Positions 1 through 8,939 of a DNA stretch of 11,944 nucleotides are shown piece by piece. The notes under the pieces were generated by a model. The model was not told the DNA's origin, ran no database searches, and saw nothing but the letters and a program-made list of their open reading frames with translations. The DNA is taken from NCBI RefSeq assembly GCF_006345805.1, contig NW_021826676.1, positions 1 to 11,944 of the forward strand, in the 5' to 3' direction. Made by a program: the position numbers and the translations under genes. The stretch's first letter is position 1; each line of letters begins with the position of its first letter. This stretch comes from Octopus sinensis. Taxonomy: Eukaryota.

Positions 1-480
1 AGTCAGGGAGAGAGAGATGGTGAGAGTGGTGGAAGGCAGAGAGAGAGAGAGAGTGGTGGAAGGGAGCAAAAGGGAGTAATTATTGGAAGGGAGAGAGAGG
101 AAGATATGGTAGGGAAGAGGGAGGGGAGATAGGGAATAGGAGGGAAATGGGAGGGGAGGGAGAGAAGACAGGAAAGAGAGAGGGGAAAGGAGGGAGAGGA
201 GAAAGGAAAGAGAGAGACAGGAGAGAGAGTTGGAAGGGAAACATAGGGAGAGGGAGAAAGAGTGAGAGAGAGAAATGCGGGAGGAAGAGAGAAAGAGAGA
301 AGCGGAAGGGAAAGAGAGTGAGAAAGAGAGTGGTAGAAGGTGGAGAGACGGAGAGGTGGTCAGGAAAGAAAGAGAGGGAGAAAGAGGCGAGAGAGGTGAG
401 AGAGTGGACGACGAAAGAAGGTGTCTGTAGCAGGTCCCATATCAAACAGACGGAATCGAACTCAAATATATGTAATTAGA
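1..480. repeat. Polypurine (GA/GGA-rich) low-complexity tract
   Basis: The plus strand is almost only G and A for about 420 bp, with degenerate recurrences such as GAGAGTGGTGGAAGG. The tract is cut by the window start. Confidence 0.9.
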
Positions 481-792
481 AGACAGAATGAGAAAACAGA
501 AATACATGAAGGGAAAAAATTAGAATTGGTCAGAGAAGAGGGAACGGGAGAGAGGACAGACAATTCCGATAAAAAAAAAAACTAGATCATCAGAGGGAAA
601 ACTGATGACGAAGAACGAGATGGAAAAGGAAAGAGTCAAAGAGAGTAAATGAGATAAATGAGCGGAGATGGTTGGTCGCTCAAAGACGTATATATGCGAG
701 TAAATGTGATCAAAATGTCTTCTGCATGGCGTTACGATTGAAATAGAAGAAAAAAGCATAAGACAACAGGTAAAAGAAGTAAAAAAAAATAA

Positions 793-825
793 GTAAAACA
801 ATAGGTAAAACAATAGGTAAAACAA
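793..825. repeat. 12-bp tandem repeat (GTAAAACAATAG) x about 2.7
   Basis: Units at 793-804 and 805-816, plus a partial unit at 817-825. Confidence 0.85.
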
Positions 826-879
826 ATCAGCGGAAATGTTTAGCTCACATTTGTGTGCATGCATGCATACGTACTGACA

Positions 880-1283
880 CACACGCAGACACACACACAC
901 GCATACATCCAGAGGCTGGCATATATGTATGTATATGTTATATGCATGTCTATGTATGCATCTATATATCTAACTAGCTAGCTAGCTGGCTAGGCAGCTA
1001 TATAAAAATAATATATATATATATATATGTACACATGTATACATGCACACTCAGACACACGCACACACACACACATATTCACACACAAACACACACGCAT
1101 ATTGTATAGTAGTTATACATGCAATGCAAATAAACACTTCACTTACTCATCATCTTAATACACACGATGAATGTCGACCTGCTAAGAGTGTACTTCTTTG
1201 TCACATACACGTTTTACACAAACATACACACACACACATAAACACACATACACACACACATAAACACACATACACACGCACAT
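880..1283. repeat. Compound microsatellite region: (CA)n, (TA)n, (TAGC)n
   Basis: Read directly: CA runs, TAGC units near 974-1000, an AT run near 1010-1028, and CA-rich sequence at 1207-1283. Confidence 0.9.
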
Positions 1284-1284
1284 A

Positions 1285-1291
1285 TAGATAA

Positions 1292-1386
<95 letters not shown>
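1285..1386. repeat. (GATA)n tetranucleotide microsatellite, about 25 units
   Basis: Near-perfect GATA array read directly. Confidence 0.97.
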
Positions 1387-1418
1387 TACAAATAGATAAC
1401 GATAGACAAATGAAAAGA

Positions 1419-1559
1419 GAGACACATACACACACCAACACATATATATATGTATACAGAGAGAAAGAGAGAGAGACAGAGAGACACAGAGACACAGAGA
1501 GAGAGAACAAAAGTATGACAGACGTAAAAATATACATACAATTTTGCACGCACACACAC

Positions 1560-1607
<48 letters not shown>

Positions 1608-1612
1608 GCACG
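1419..1612. repeat. Compound (GA)n/(CA)n/(TA)n microsatellite
   Basis: GA/GACA runs, then CA, then (TA)n at about 1570-1608. Confidence 0.9.
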
Positions 1613-2163
1613 CATATACTCTATTACGAAGTTTACTTTGTTTGTTAGTAGGACGTATTGGCGTGATAAACATCATCAGGAAGCTATGATAGCGAAAGCG
1701 AGAATCTGTAATATGTCATGTTTTGCTCCATTTCATTCTAATTACACGCTTACATAAACAGCTGATAGTTTGTCTGGACAAATTAAGAACTGAGAAAATT
1801 GTTTCATTATTGTATTATTAGTCTACGTCAGTAAAAGTATCGCACGTATTAGAAGGTAAGCTCCTGGCTACCATTGTCCACCATCTCGTTTTGACTTTTA
1901 CAGTCTCGTTTTTCAAACACATTCATTTCGTCTTACATCATTTTAATGTCCATGAGTCTTATTTGTTGACCGATTCTGTTTTGGTTCGCTAAAGATGTCG
2001 CTTACGTCCATAAGGTTATATTCCGAGAAAATTTATTTACTTAGCACTGCTTCTTTCTAATAACGTGTGTAATTTAACACATGAACGTTACCCAATCTCG
2101 CTCACCTTTGTTTATAAATCTGTGTCTCTGTGATTAAATAAAGCACATCATTGTTGCTAATAT

Positions 2164-2358
2164 AAGGTCTCAAGCTACCTGAATCGTTAACACACCGGAA
2201 AAAAAAAGCCTGGCGGCATTTCGTTCTTCTTCGTGGTGTGAGTTCAAATTCCATGGAGGTCCACTTTACCTTTTGTCCTTTCAGGGGTCGATGAATTATG
2301 TATCCGTCTCCCAAACAGTTTCACGACCTGTGGCTATCTATAGTAGTAAAGATTATTA
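2164..2358 (+). mobile_element. Decayed tRNA-derived SINE (family A head, tail type 2)
   Basis: Aligns by eye to the 9221 copy: GAATCGTTAACACACCGG, a B-box-like GAGTTCAAATTCC, CCTTTCAGGGGTCGAT, and the end AGTAGTAAAGATTATT. It has an internal deletion. Confidence 0.75.
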
Positions 2359-2367
2359 CAATATCTT

Positions 2368-2581
2368 AAGGCAACGAGCTGACAGAATCGTCAGTGTGTT
2401 AGAATGCTTAACAGAATTTCTTCCGGCTTTCTACCTTCAGAGTTGAAATTTCGCCGAGGTCGCTATTGCCTTTTATCCTTCCACCTGCGATTAATCAAGT
2501 ACTGGTCATGTAATAGGCTCCATGTATTCGATTTCTCATCCCTTGAAAATTGCTGCCCCTGTGCCAAAATTAGATAGAATT
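2368..2581 (+). mobile_element. Decayed tRNA-derived SINE (family A head, tail type 3)
   Basis: AAGGCAACGAGCTGACAGAATCG head, GAGTTGAAATTTCGCCGAGGTCG, and the tail CCCTTGAAAATTGCTGCCCCTGTGCCAAAAT. Confidence 0.75.
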
Positions 2582-2924
2582 GCTAATAAATTGCTTTCAG
2601 ACGTCCATAGTAGTGAAAATCGTAAAAAATTCCCTTTGTGATGATATCACGATCTGGTTCCAGATCGATGGTGAATTCAACTTATTTCAGGACGAGAAGA
2701 ATTCCTATTGCTTACGTTCTCTAAAATATTCTAGAACTCTATCTTCTTCAAAATTCTTTTCTGAAATATTCAATAAATTAAATCGTTCCGTTTATATATA
2801 TATACTTTATTAAAAAGCAGCAAAAACATCACAAAAACTGTTACACAGACATTCACGTTCCCGTTTGTCGGACACTTTTGTATAGAATGGAACAAAAATA
2901 AGGTTATAAGCAAACATATAGATG

Positions 2925-5267
2925 GTTTCAATGAAGGAGGCGCGACAATATTCACGATAGACTCGGTTGATAAACTGACTCGTCCCACACGCGATAGCAG
3001 TCGTTCGACATAGGCCCACAGGTCGGAAAGTGTTGGACACTGTACACCTGTGTGCAGAACGGTTTCGTCGCTCCGACCGCATCTCGGGCAGGTCAGCCCC
3101 GTGTTTCTCGAGCCATGCTTGTAGAGCTTCTCCCCGAACGGGTAGCGCTTCTCGGTAGCACTGACAGGCCATGAATCACTGGAAATTGTCCATAGGTCCT
3201 GGTCCGAAGGTCATCTTGAACAGGCGGGTTAGGTATTCCTCGTCGACACCGAGGTTCGCTCCGAGATCGTCATCGTACCTCCCCCCCACTACTCTCCTAT
3301 AGAATGCTTTGGTTGTGTTGCAGTCGCTGAAGGTCGACCAGAGACGGCAGAGTTGCTCGGAAGCAACGCGACACCAGCAGTGCCATTCGCTCTTCCACGA
3401 CCTCTTTTTGATCCACGACTGCAGTTCAGTCATGGAGACGAGCTGTGGGAAAGCGCGCCTCACAAACGGTGACCACACCTGTTCACCGTCGTCTACGTAG
3501 AGCCGGAGATATCACAGTCTCAGCGCGTGTCTGCGAATCACCAACCACGACATGCTCAGCCCTCCTTTTAACGGGTGCTGGCAGCAAACGGATCGCCTGA
3601 CCATCGGAACGCATCCTTTCCACAAGAAGAGGAATAGAATGCGTTCCAGTTTGGTGATGGTAGGGTCAGGACAAGGCACGACGGTCAGGCGGTAGTAGAT
3701 AGCGGACGCGATGTACATGTCCGCCACCTCCGCCCGACTTGTTAGGGACAGCTTCCTCTCTACCCAGTGCCGGGCGACAGTGACCACCCTATTCATTATC
3801 TCGTTCCAGTTCTTCTCCATTTGGAGGTCCGGACCAAACCAGATCCCGAGTAACTCGATGGACCGTCGGTCCAGCGTCCCACGACGGAGTTGCTGGTGGA
3901 CGGCATGGTCTTGCTTCTCCAGGTGCCGAGCCGCAAGCCCCTTGACTTTTCCTAGTTGATTTTTGCTCCTGTTACCGCTTCCTAGTTTTTCATTGTCTCG
4001 CCGACCAGCTCGGTGTGATTCTGGCTAGACATTTTGACTGTGATGTCGTCCGTATATGCGGACTCGCTCGTCCCACATCCCAATTCTCTCGAGATGCACC
4101 TCAGCGTCGCCAGCTTCCGCAGTAGTAGCTCTAGAGTCAATACGTACAGAATCGACGAGAGGGGGCATCCCTGACGGACCTAACGTGCAATGTCGAAAGG
4201 TCTCAATAGATGTCTATTCAGGCGAATTACCGAACGGATGCCTCTGTACAAAGCAGCTATCCAGCCGCGGAAAACGTGACCGAAACCAGCCGCTATGAGA
4301 ACAGCCTCTAAGTATCGGGGGTCTACCCTATCGAAAGCTTTGGATTGATCCAAATTGATCAGGGCCCCATCCATGCCAGGTTCCTTAACTTCCCTGTCTA
4401 TGATGTAGCGCATCAGATGGAGGCACGGCGCAGGTTTGTGCCTTGTCGACCAGTTTCTCGACAACAAGCGCCAACCTCTTGGCTAACATCTTGGCCAAAA
4501 TTTTCAAATCTGCATTGAGGGGAATGATGGGCCTAAAGTTAACTATTACGCCTCCCTTGTTTGGCTCTTTCTTCAGCAATGTTACGGTTCCTCAGCTCAC
4601 AAAACCGGAGATGCTCCCGTTTTGCTGCCAGTTGCAGTACACTGCTGCCAAGACATCTCAAACAAGCCTGGCATACGACTGTAAGGCTCATAGGGTAGAC
4701 CATTCAAACCCGGCGATTTGTCCCTCGAACATTCTGCCATCGCGTCCTGCACTTCCGCTGCCGTGATAGCACATTCGCAGCACTCTACGTCTCTTGTCGA
4801 GAGTTGTGGCAGGCTGTGCATGTAGGAACTGAAGTCCACCCTGCATTCTCGCTCGCCACTCTTCCCGAAAAGTCGGACAAAGTGTTGTTGAAAAACATCA
4901 CACATTTTACTTGGCTGGAGTAATTCGCGCCCCTGTTCATCTACCAGGTACTGAATGGTGGCTTGTTGCCCTGTTGCGCCTGCTCCACCCGGACCTCTCG
5001 TACAACTCCAACCCTTCTTTCCTTAGAGCACGCATCCTAGCCCTGACAACAGACCCTTCGTGTTTGGCGTTGAATGTTGGTCGAGAGTCAACCGCGCCGC
5101 CAAAACATCGGATGCGATGCCACTCCTAATCGCCTCATGTAGCTTCTTAACTAGGTCACCCTGTACTCTGCTTCTATGTATGGCTAGTGCTTTGCTATAC
5201 CTAATCGCTTCTGCTTTTATTCTTCTCTTGAGGTCAAACCATCATTTGTTGTTGATGATGGCTCCCA
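2925..5267 (-). mobile_element. 5'-truncated, decayed L1/Tx1-clade non-LTR retrotransposon (LINE)
   Basis: A GC-richer block than its flanks. Colinear ORF2 motifs on the minus strand across frameshifts: W-F-D-L-K-R-R-I-K linker, KSPGLNGLPYE, NFRPIIPLNADLKILAK, DQSKAFDRV, VRQGCPLS (4156-4173 = QGCPLS), YTDD (4045-4056), LLGIWF, W..RKLSL...FLWKG...GGL, and a C-terminal CCHC. No endonuclease domain or ORF1 is present. Confidence 0.93.
2925..5267 (-). pseudogene. Disrupted ORF2 (reverse transcriptase plus zinc knuckle)
   Basis: In-frame stops at 5242-5244, 4180-4182, 3982-3984, 3952-3954, 3512-3514 and 3176-3178. Frameshifts near 5075, 4950-5000, 4590-4660, 4422, 3860 and 3135. The catalytic YADD reads YTDD. 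CPRCGRSDETVLHTGVQC (CX2CX8HX4C) lies at 3037-3090. Confidence 0.9.
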
Positions 5268-5355
<88 letters not shown>

Positions 5356-5372
5356 ATAGATTGATAGATAGG

Positions 5373-5443
<71 letters not shown>

Positions 5444-5450
5444 ATAGATT

Positions 5451-5530
<80 letters not shown>

Positions 5531-5556
5531 TTGATAGATAAATAGATAGATAGATA
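5268..5556. repeat. Long (GATA)n array, about 72 units, directly abutting the LINE 5' junction
   Basis: Read directly. It has a few variant units (AATA, GATT, GGTA). Confidence 0.97.
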
Positions 5557-5656
5557 AGTTTCCAACATTCCATGGGTTTAGATGAGATTGCAAAATCTCT
5601 GTGTGGCTTCTGCACTTTCTGCGTGAGACAAAGCATCTCAGCTGTTTATTTCACCC

Positions 5657-5723
5657 GTATGTGTACATGTGTGTGCGTGCGTGTGTGTGTATGTATGTAT
5701 GTATGTATGTATGTATATATATA
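5657..5723. repeat. (TG)n/(TATG)n/(TA)n compound microsatellite
   Basis: Read directly. Confidence 0.9.
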
Positions 5724-6189
5724 TTGCTGCTTGAGAAAGCAGTGACTGACGGAAACCCGCGATACCTACAGAATAGAGACGTCTAATAAATACAGTGAAC
5801 GCAAGGCTGGAATTCTTGTTAAAAATAATAATCACTTCGGAATTGTGCCGAAAATATTCCTTTTCCGTAAAATGCCACGTTGGAAATAAAATAAAGACCC
5901 ATCAGATCTCGAACTATAATTTTTATGATATAGAAGCGCAACTAAAAAGGATAATATTCTTCCTACGACATAAAAAATAAACCCGTCTCACAACTTCCTC
6001 ATTTACGAAACACAGATAATGACATGTCATGTTTCCATATATTATTAATGAAAATGAGTCTGATGTAAGCAGAGTCGTGTTCATATTATAGAAATATATA
6101 CGCAATTTATTCGGGAGACATGATTGTCTACATAGAATAAATGCTGTATTTCTATGAATGCTCAACCCGATTCTACTTAAAAGTGTCTT

Positions 6190-6385
6190 CATATATCTAT
6201 GCATACACGCACACACAAACACATACACACGCACAAACACAAACACATACACATATGCTCGTATGCATCTATGTTATATATATATATATATATATATATA
6301 TGCGTGTATATGTATATAAATATATATATGCATACCTCTCTCTCTCTCTATATATATATATATGTGTATGTGTATATATACATGT
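6190..6385. repeat. Compound (CA)n/(TA)n/(CT)n microsatellite
   Basis: Read directly. Confidence 0.9.
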
Positions 6386-6748
6386 ATGTTGGCACTCCGT
6401 CGGTTACGACGACGAGGGTTCCAGTTGATCCGATCAACGGAACAGCCTGCTCGTGAAATTAACGTACAAGTGGCTGAGCACTCCACAGACACGTGTACCC
6501 TTAACGTAGTTCTCGGGGATTCAACATGACACAGAGTGTGATAAGGCTGGCCCTTTGAAATACAGGTACAGCAGAAACATTACAGCAAAGATTACAGCAA
6601 GGTTCACCACCACCCCACTACCGGAGCATCGTGGAGCTTTAGGTGTTTTCGCTCAATAAACACTCACAACGGCCGGTCTGGGAATCGAAACCGTGATCCT
6701 ACAACCGCAAGTCCGCTGCATTAACCACTGGGCCATTGCGCCTCCACA
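6386..6748 (-). mobile_element. tRNA-derived SINE (family B), near full length
   Basis: The minus strand starts TGTGGAGGCGCAATGGCCCAGTGGTTAA. A box TGGCCCAGTGG at 6725-6735 and B box GGTTTCGATTCC at 6681-6692. The 3' about 170 bp are homologous to the tail of the 11030-11573 element. Embedded in CA/TA repeats. Confidence 0.88.
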
Positions 6749-6869
6749 TATACATATATACAAACATACGTAAATACATACATATACATAATATATACAC
6801 ATAAATGTAAATATATGTGTCTATTCATATATGTATTTATGTATATATATATATTATATATATATATAT

Positions 6870-6900
<31 letters not shown>
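6749..6900. repeat. (CATA)n/(TA)n microsatellite
   Basis: Read directly; near-pure TA at 6843-6900. Confidence 0.9.
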
Positions 6901-7090
6901 ACGGGAAGCTTTATGAAAATAAACAAAAGACGAAGGCAGGTGGAATACAAACAACAATTGTATTAGTATGGCGCTCAGGAATATAAATAAAACAAGTCTT
7001 TTACGTTTCGAGCCTACGCTCTTCAACAGAAAGATACACAGAAACGAAACACGGAGAGAAACAAGGAGAGAAAAATATGCGTGCAGAACC
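6901..7090 (-). mobile_element. Putative non-autonomous Penelope-like (pLTR-derived) repeat inside (AT)n
   Basis: A 190-bp complex-sequence island with (AT)n immediately on both sides. It carries a PLE-type minimal hammerhead motif. The class assignment is inferred from that motif only. Confidence 0.55.
6997..7034 (-). ncRNA. Minimal type I hammerhead ribozyme-like motif (degenerate core)
   Basis: Minus strand reads UCUUU-CUGUUGA-A-GAGC-GUAG-GCUC-GAAA-CG-UA-AAAGA. Helix I is UCUUU/AAAGA (5 bp), helix II is GAGC/GCUC (4 bp), and helix III is reduced to palindromic ACGU. Predicted site GUA, cleaving between 7002 and 7001. Core A6 is replaced by U (7026). Confidence 0.65.
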
Positions 7091-7168
7091 ATATATATAT
7101 ATATGCATATATATATATGTATACAAACACAACCATGGATACATACATACAAGAATGCTTTTTTATAT

Positions 7169-7256
<88 letters not shown>

Positions 7257-7377
7257 TACATAAATACAAGCACACATACATTTTTACATTACATATATAA
7301 TACGCACATACACACATACACACATACATACATAGATACATATATACAGACAGACATATACGTACATATATATATAA
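7091..7377. repeat. (AT)n-dominated microsatellite region, including perfect (AT) x about 38 at 7175-7251
   Basis: Read directly. Confidence 0.95.
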
Positions 7378-7931
7378 GAGGGTAGGCTATAATTGCTAGA
7401 GCTTGTGTCTGCTTGTCTAAGTGTGTGTTGTCTAAGTCAGTGTGTTGGCCACAGTGTGTTGGTGTAAAATTATATGTAAGTATGTGTGTGGATTTGTATG
7501 TGCATTTCTGTGTGTGTGTGTGTCAGTGTTTGTAGCTACGGGTTTGTGTATGTGATAGCTGAAGAATGAATATAGGGTGTATATCTCCATATGTGAAATA
7601 TTAGTTAAATATTTCAATTAAATGAGGAGGAAGCCAGAGGTGATAGAAATATATCGATAGAATATTTTAATTGATAGTTGCTGGTGAAATGACTAAAGAT
7701 AAGATGTTATTCTATGTACAGAAACGAGTTTGCACATAACAATAGATCACACACACACCATGTGTGTGCGTGTGTGTGTGTGTATGTGTGTGTAGTGCGG
7801 TATTAACAAGAAATAGGTATTTACGAAAGACTAATCCATTGAACGGGCTGATGATAGCCGGACGGAAGACACTGATTACTAAGAGTTACTCGAATTAAAA
7901 ATTCACACAAGCGTACACAGCAACAACAATT

Positions 7932-8034
7932 TGTGTGTGTGTTACGCGTGTGTGTTTATACACATACGCGATCGCACCCACACACACACGTGTGTATATT
8001 TGTATGTGTACACATATACATCTGTATGTGTATG

Positions 8035-8098
<64 letters not shown>

Positions 8099-8120
8099 AA
8101 TATAGGTAGATATACATATA
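7932..8120. repeat. Compound (TG)/(CA)/(TA)n microsatellite
   Basis: Read directly; long TA run at about 8039-8100. Confidence 0.9.
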
Positions 8121-8239
8121 TATTGCAGCACGACGTGTATTTATAGTGAATGTATAATGAAATGTGGAAATTGACGATTTAAAATCTGTTCTCACCATAT
8201 TGACATAGAAATAATTTTTCTTTTGCCCTTGTTTATAAG

Positions 8240-8241
<2 letters not shown>

Positions 8242-8319
<78 letters not shown>
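8242..8319. repeat. (AC)n followed by (AT)n
   Basis: Read directly: AC at 8242-8278 and AT to 8319. Confidence 0.95.
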
Positions 8320-8420
8320 CAAAAATGGGACAAGAACGCAAAACCTCCAGGCATGGGTACCAAAAAGGGACAACAAAAAATCCAGACAGACGATACAAAG
8401 AAAACAAGGATAGGTCATTC

Positions 8421-8590
8421 GGCATGCTGTCCAGCTCTTTCCGTTCGCAGTGCAAAATTCCGCTGGGTTCAACTTTTCCTTTCATTCTGCGGGGGTTGAT
8501 AAATAAGAACCAGTAAAGTACTGGAGTCGATGTAATCGACTTAGCCACTCCCTTGAAAACTGCTAGCCTTTTGTAAAAATTGTAAAGAAT
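8421..8590 (+). mobile_element. Headless decayed SINE (family A core, tail type 3)
   Basis: AAATTCCGCTGGGTTCAACTTTTCCTTTCATTC, GGGGTTGATAAATAAG and CTGGAGTCGATGTAATCGACTT match the family A core. The tail CCCTTGAAAACTGCTAGCC resembles the 2368 copy. The 5' boundary is approximate. Confidence 0.75.
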
Positions 8591-8689
8591 TCGTTTCTAC
8601 TCTAAGCCGAAATTATAAAAGAACTAGCAGTATAACCCGGCTTTGCTCCGGATTAAGTTAACATTATTAAGCTAAGTAACATCGACGTC

Positions 8690-8939
8690 AAAATTACTGC
8701 TGTTGTTTGTCAACAAGAACTTCCGGCGGTGAATATTTCGTTTGTCACCGTTATTTATGACAACCCTAACCCTAAAACCTTAACCCTAACCCTAAAACCT
8801 TAACTCTAACCCTAAAATCCTAACCCTAAAACCTTAAAGCTAAACCCAGTACAAACGCGCGAACGTTGTCATAAATAACAGTGACAAACGAAAAATAAAC
8901 CGCCGATAGTTGTTGTTGACAAACAACGGCAGTAATTTT
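8690..8939. repeat. Long inverted repeat: 75-bp arms, 67/75 identity, 100-bp spacer
   Basis: Manual alignment of 8690-8764 against the reverse complement of 8865-8939 gives 8 mismatches and no gaps. Confidence 0.95.
8761..8847. repeat. Interstitial telomere-like array (CCCTAA variants) with a 20-bp higher-order unit
   Basis: Six exact CCCTAA hexamers (8764, 8770, 8784, 8790, 8810, 8824). The unit TAACCCTAACCCTAAAACCT recurs at 8761, 8781 and 8801, with a partial at 8821. Confidence 0.9.

Noticed and set aside
602-608. Other CTGATGA heptamers (602, about 7848, and reverse at about 586 and 1673) as hammerhead cores
   Set aside because: None has a helix II followed by GAAA and a pairing helix I.
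80-1757. ORFs of 82-164 aa in the first 1.8 kb
   Set aside because: They are translations of polypurine, CA, TA and GATA repeats (SLSL, THTH, YIYI, SIYL), with no domain signal.
1822-1855. Possible micro-exon ending AAG/GTAAGC
   Set aside because: Weak acceptor, only 34 nt, and an unrecognisable peptide.
3309-5275. Plus-strand ORFs over the LINE
   Set aside because: They are antisense shadows of the GC-rich ORF2.
5557-5580. ECWKL just beyond the GATA array, resembling the Tx1 GYWKLN motif
   Set aside because: No upstream SDH or other endonuclease motif is in frame, so it is probably chance. The LINE was not extended past 5267.
5217-5636. Three overlapping SIYL/YLSI-repeat ORFs
   Set aside because: The GATA array lacks stops on the minus strand, so these are microsatellite artefacts.
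5724-5745. Hairpin CTGCTT-GAGA-AAGCAG with a GNRA loop
   Set aside because: A 6-bp perfect stem is expected by chance in 12 kb, and there is no supporting context.
6681-6748. tRNA gene
   Set aside because: The A and B boxes belong to a SINE head. There is no acceptor stem, and the sequence continues into the SINE body.
8761-8847. True telomere or chromosome end
   Set aside because: The array is short, degenerate, internal and enclosed by inverted arms.
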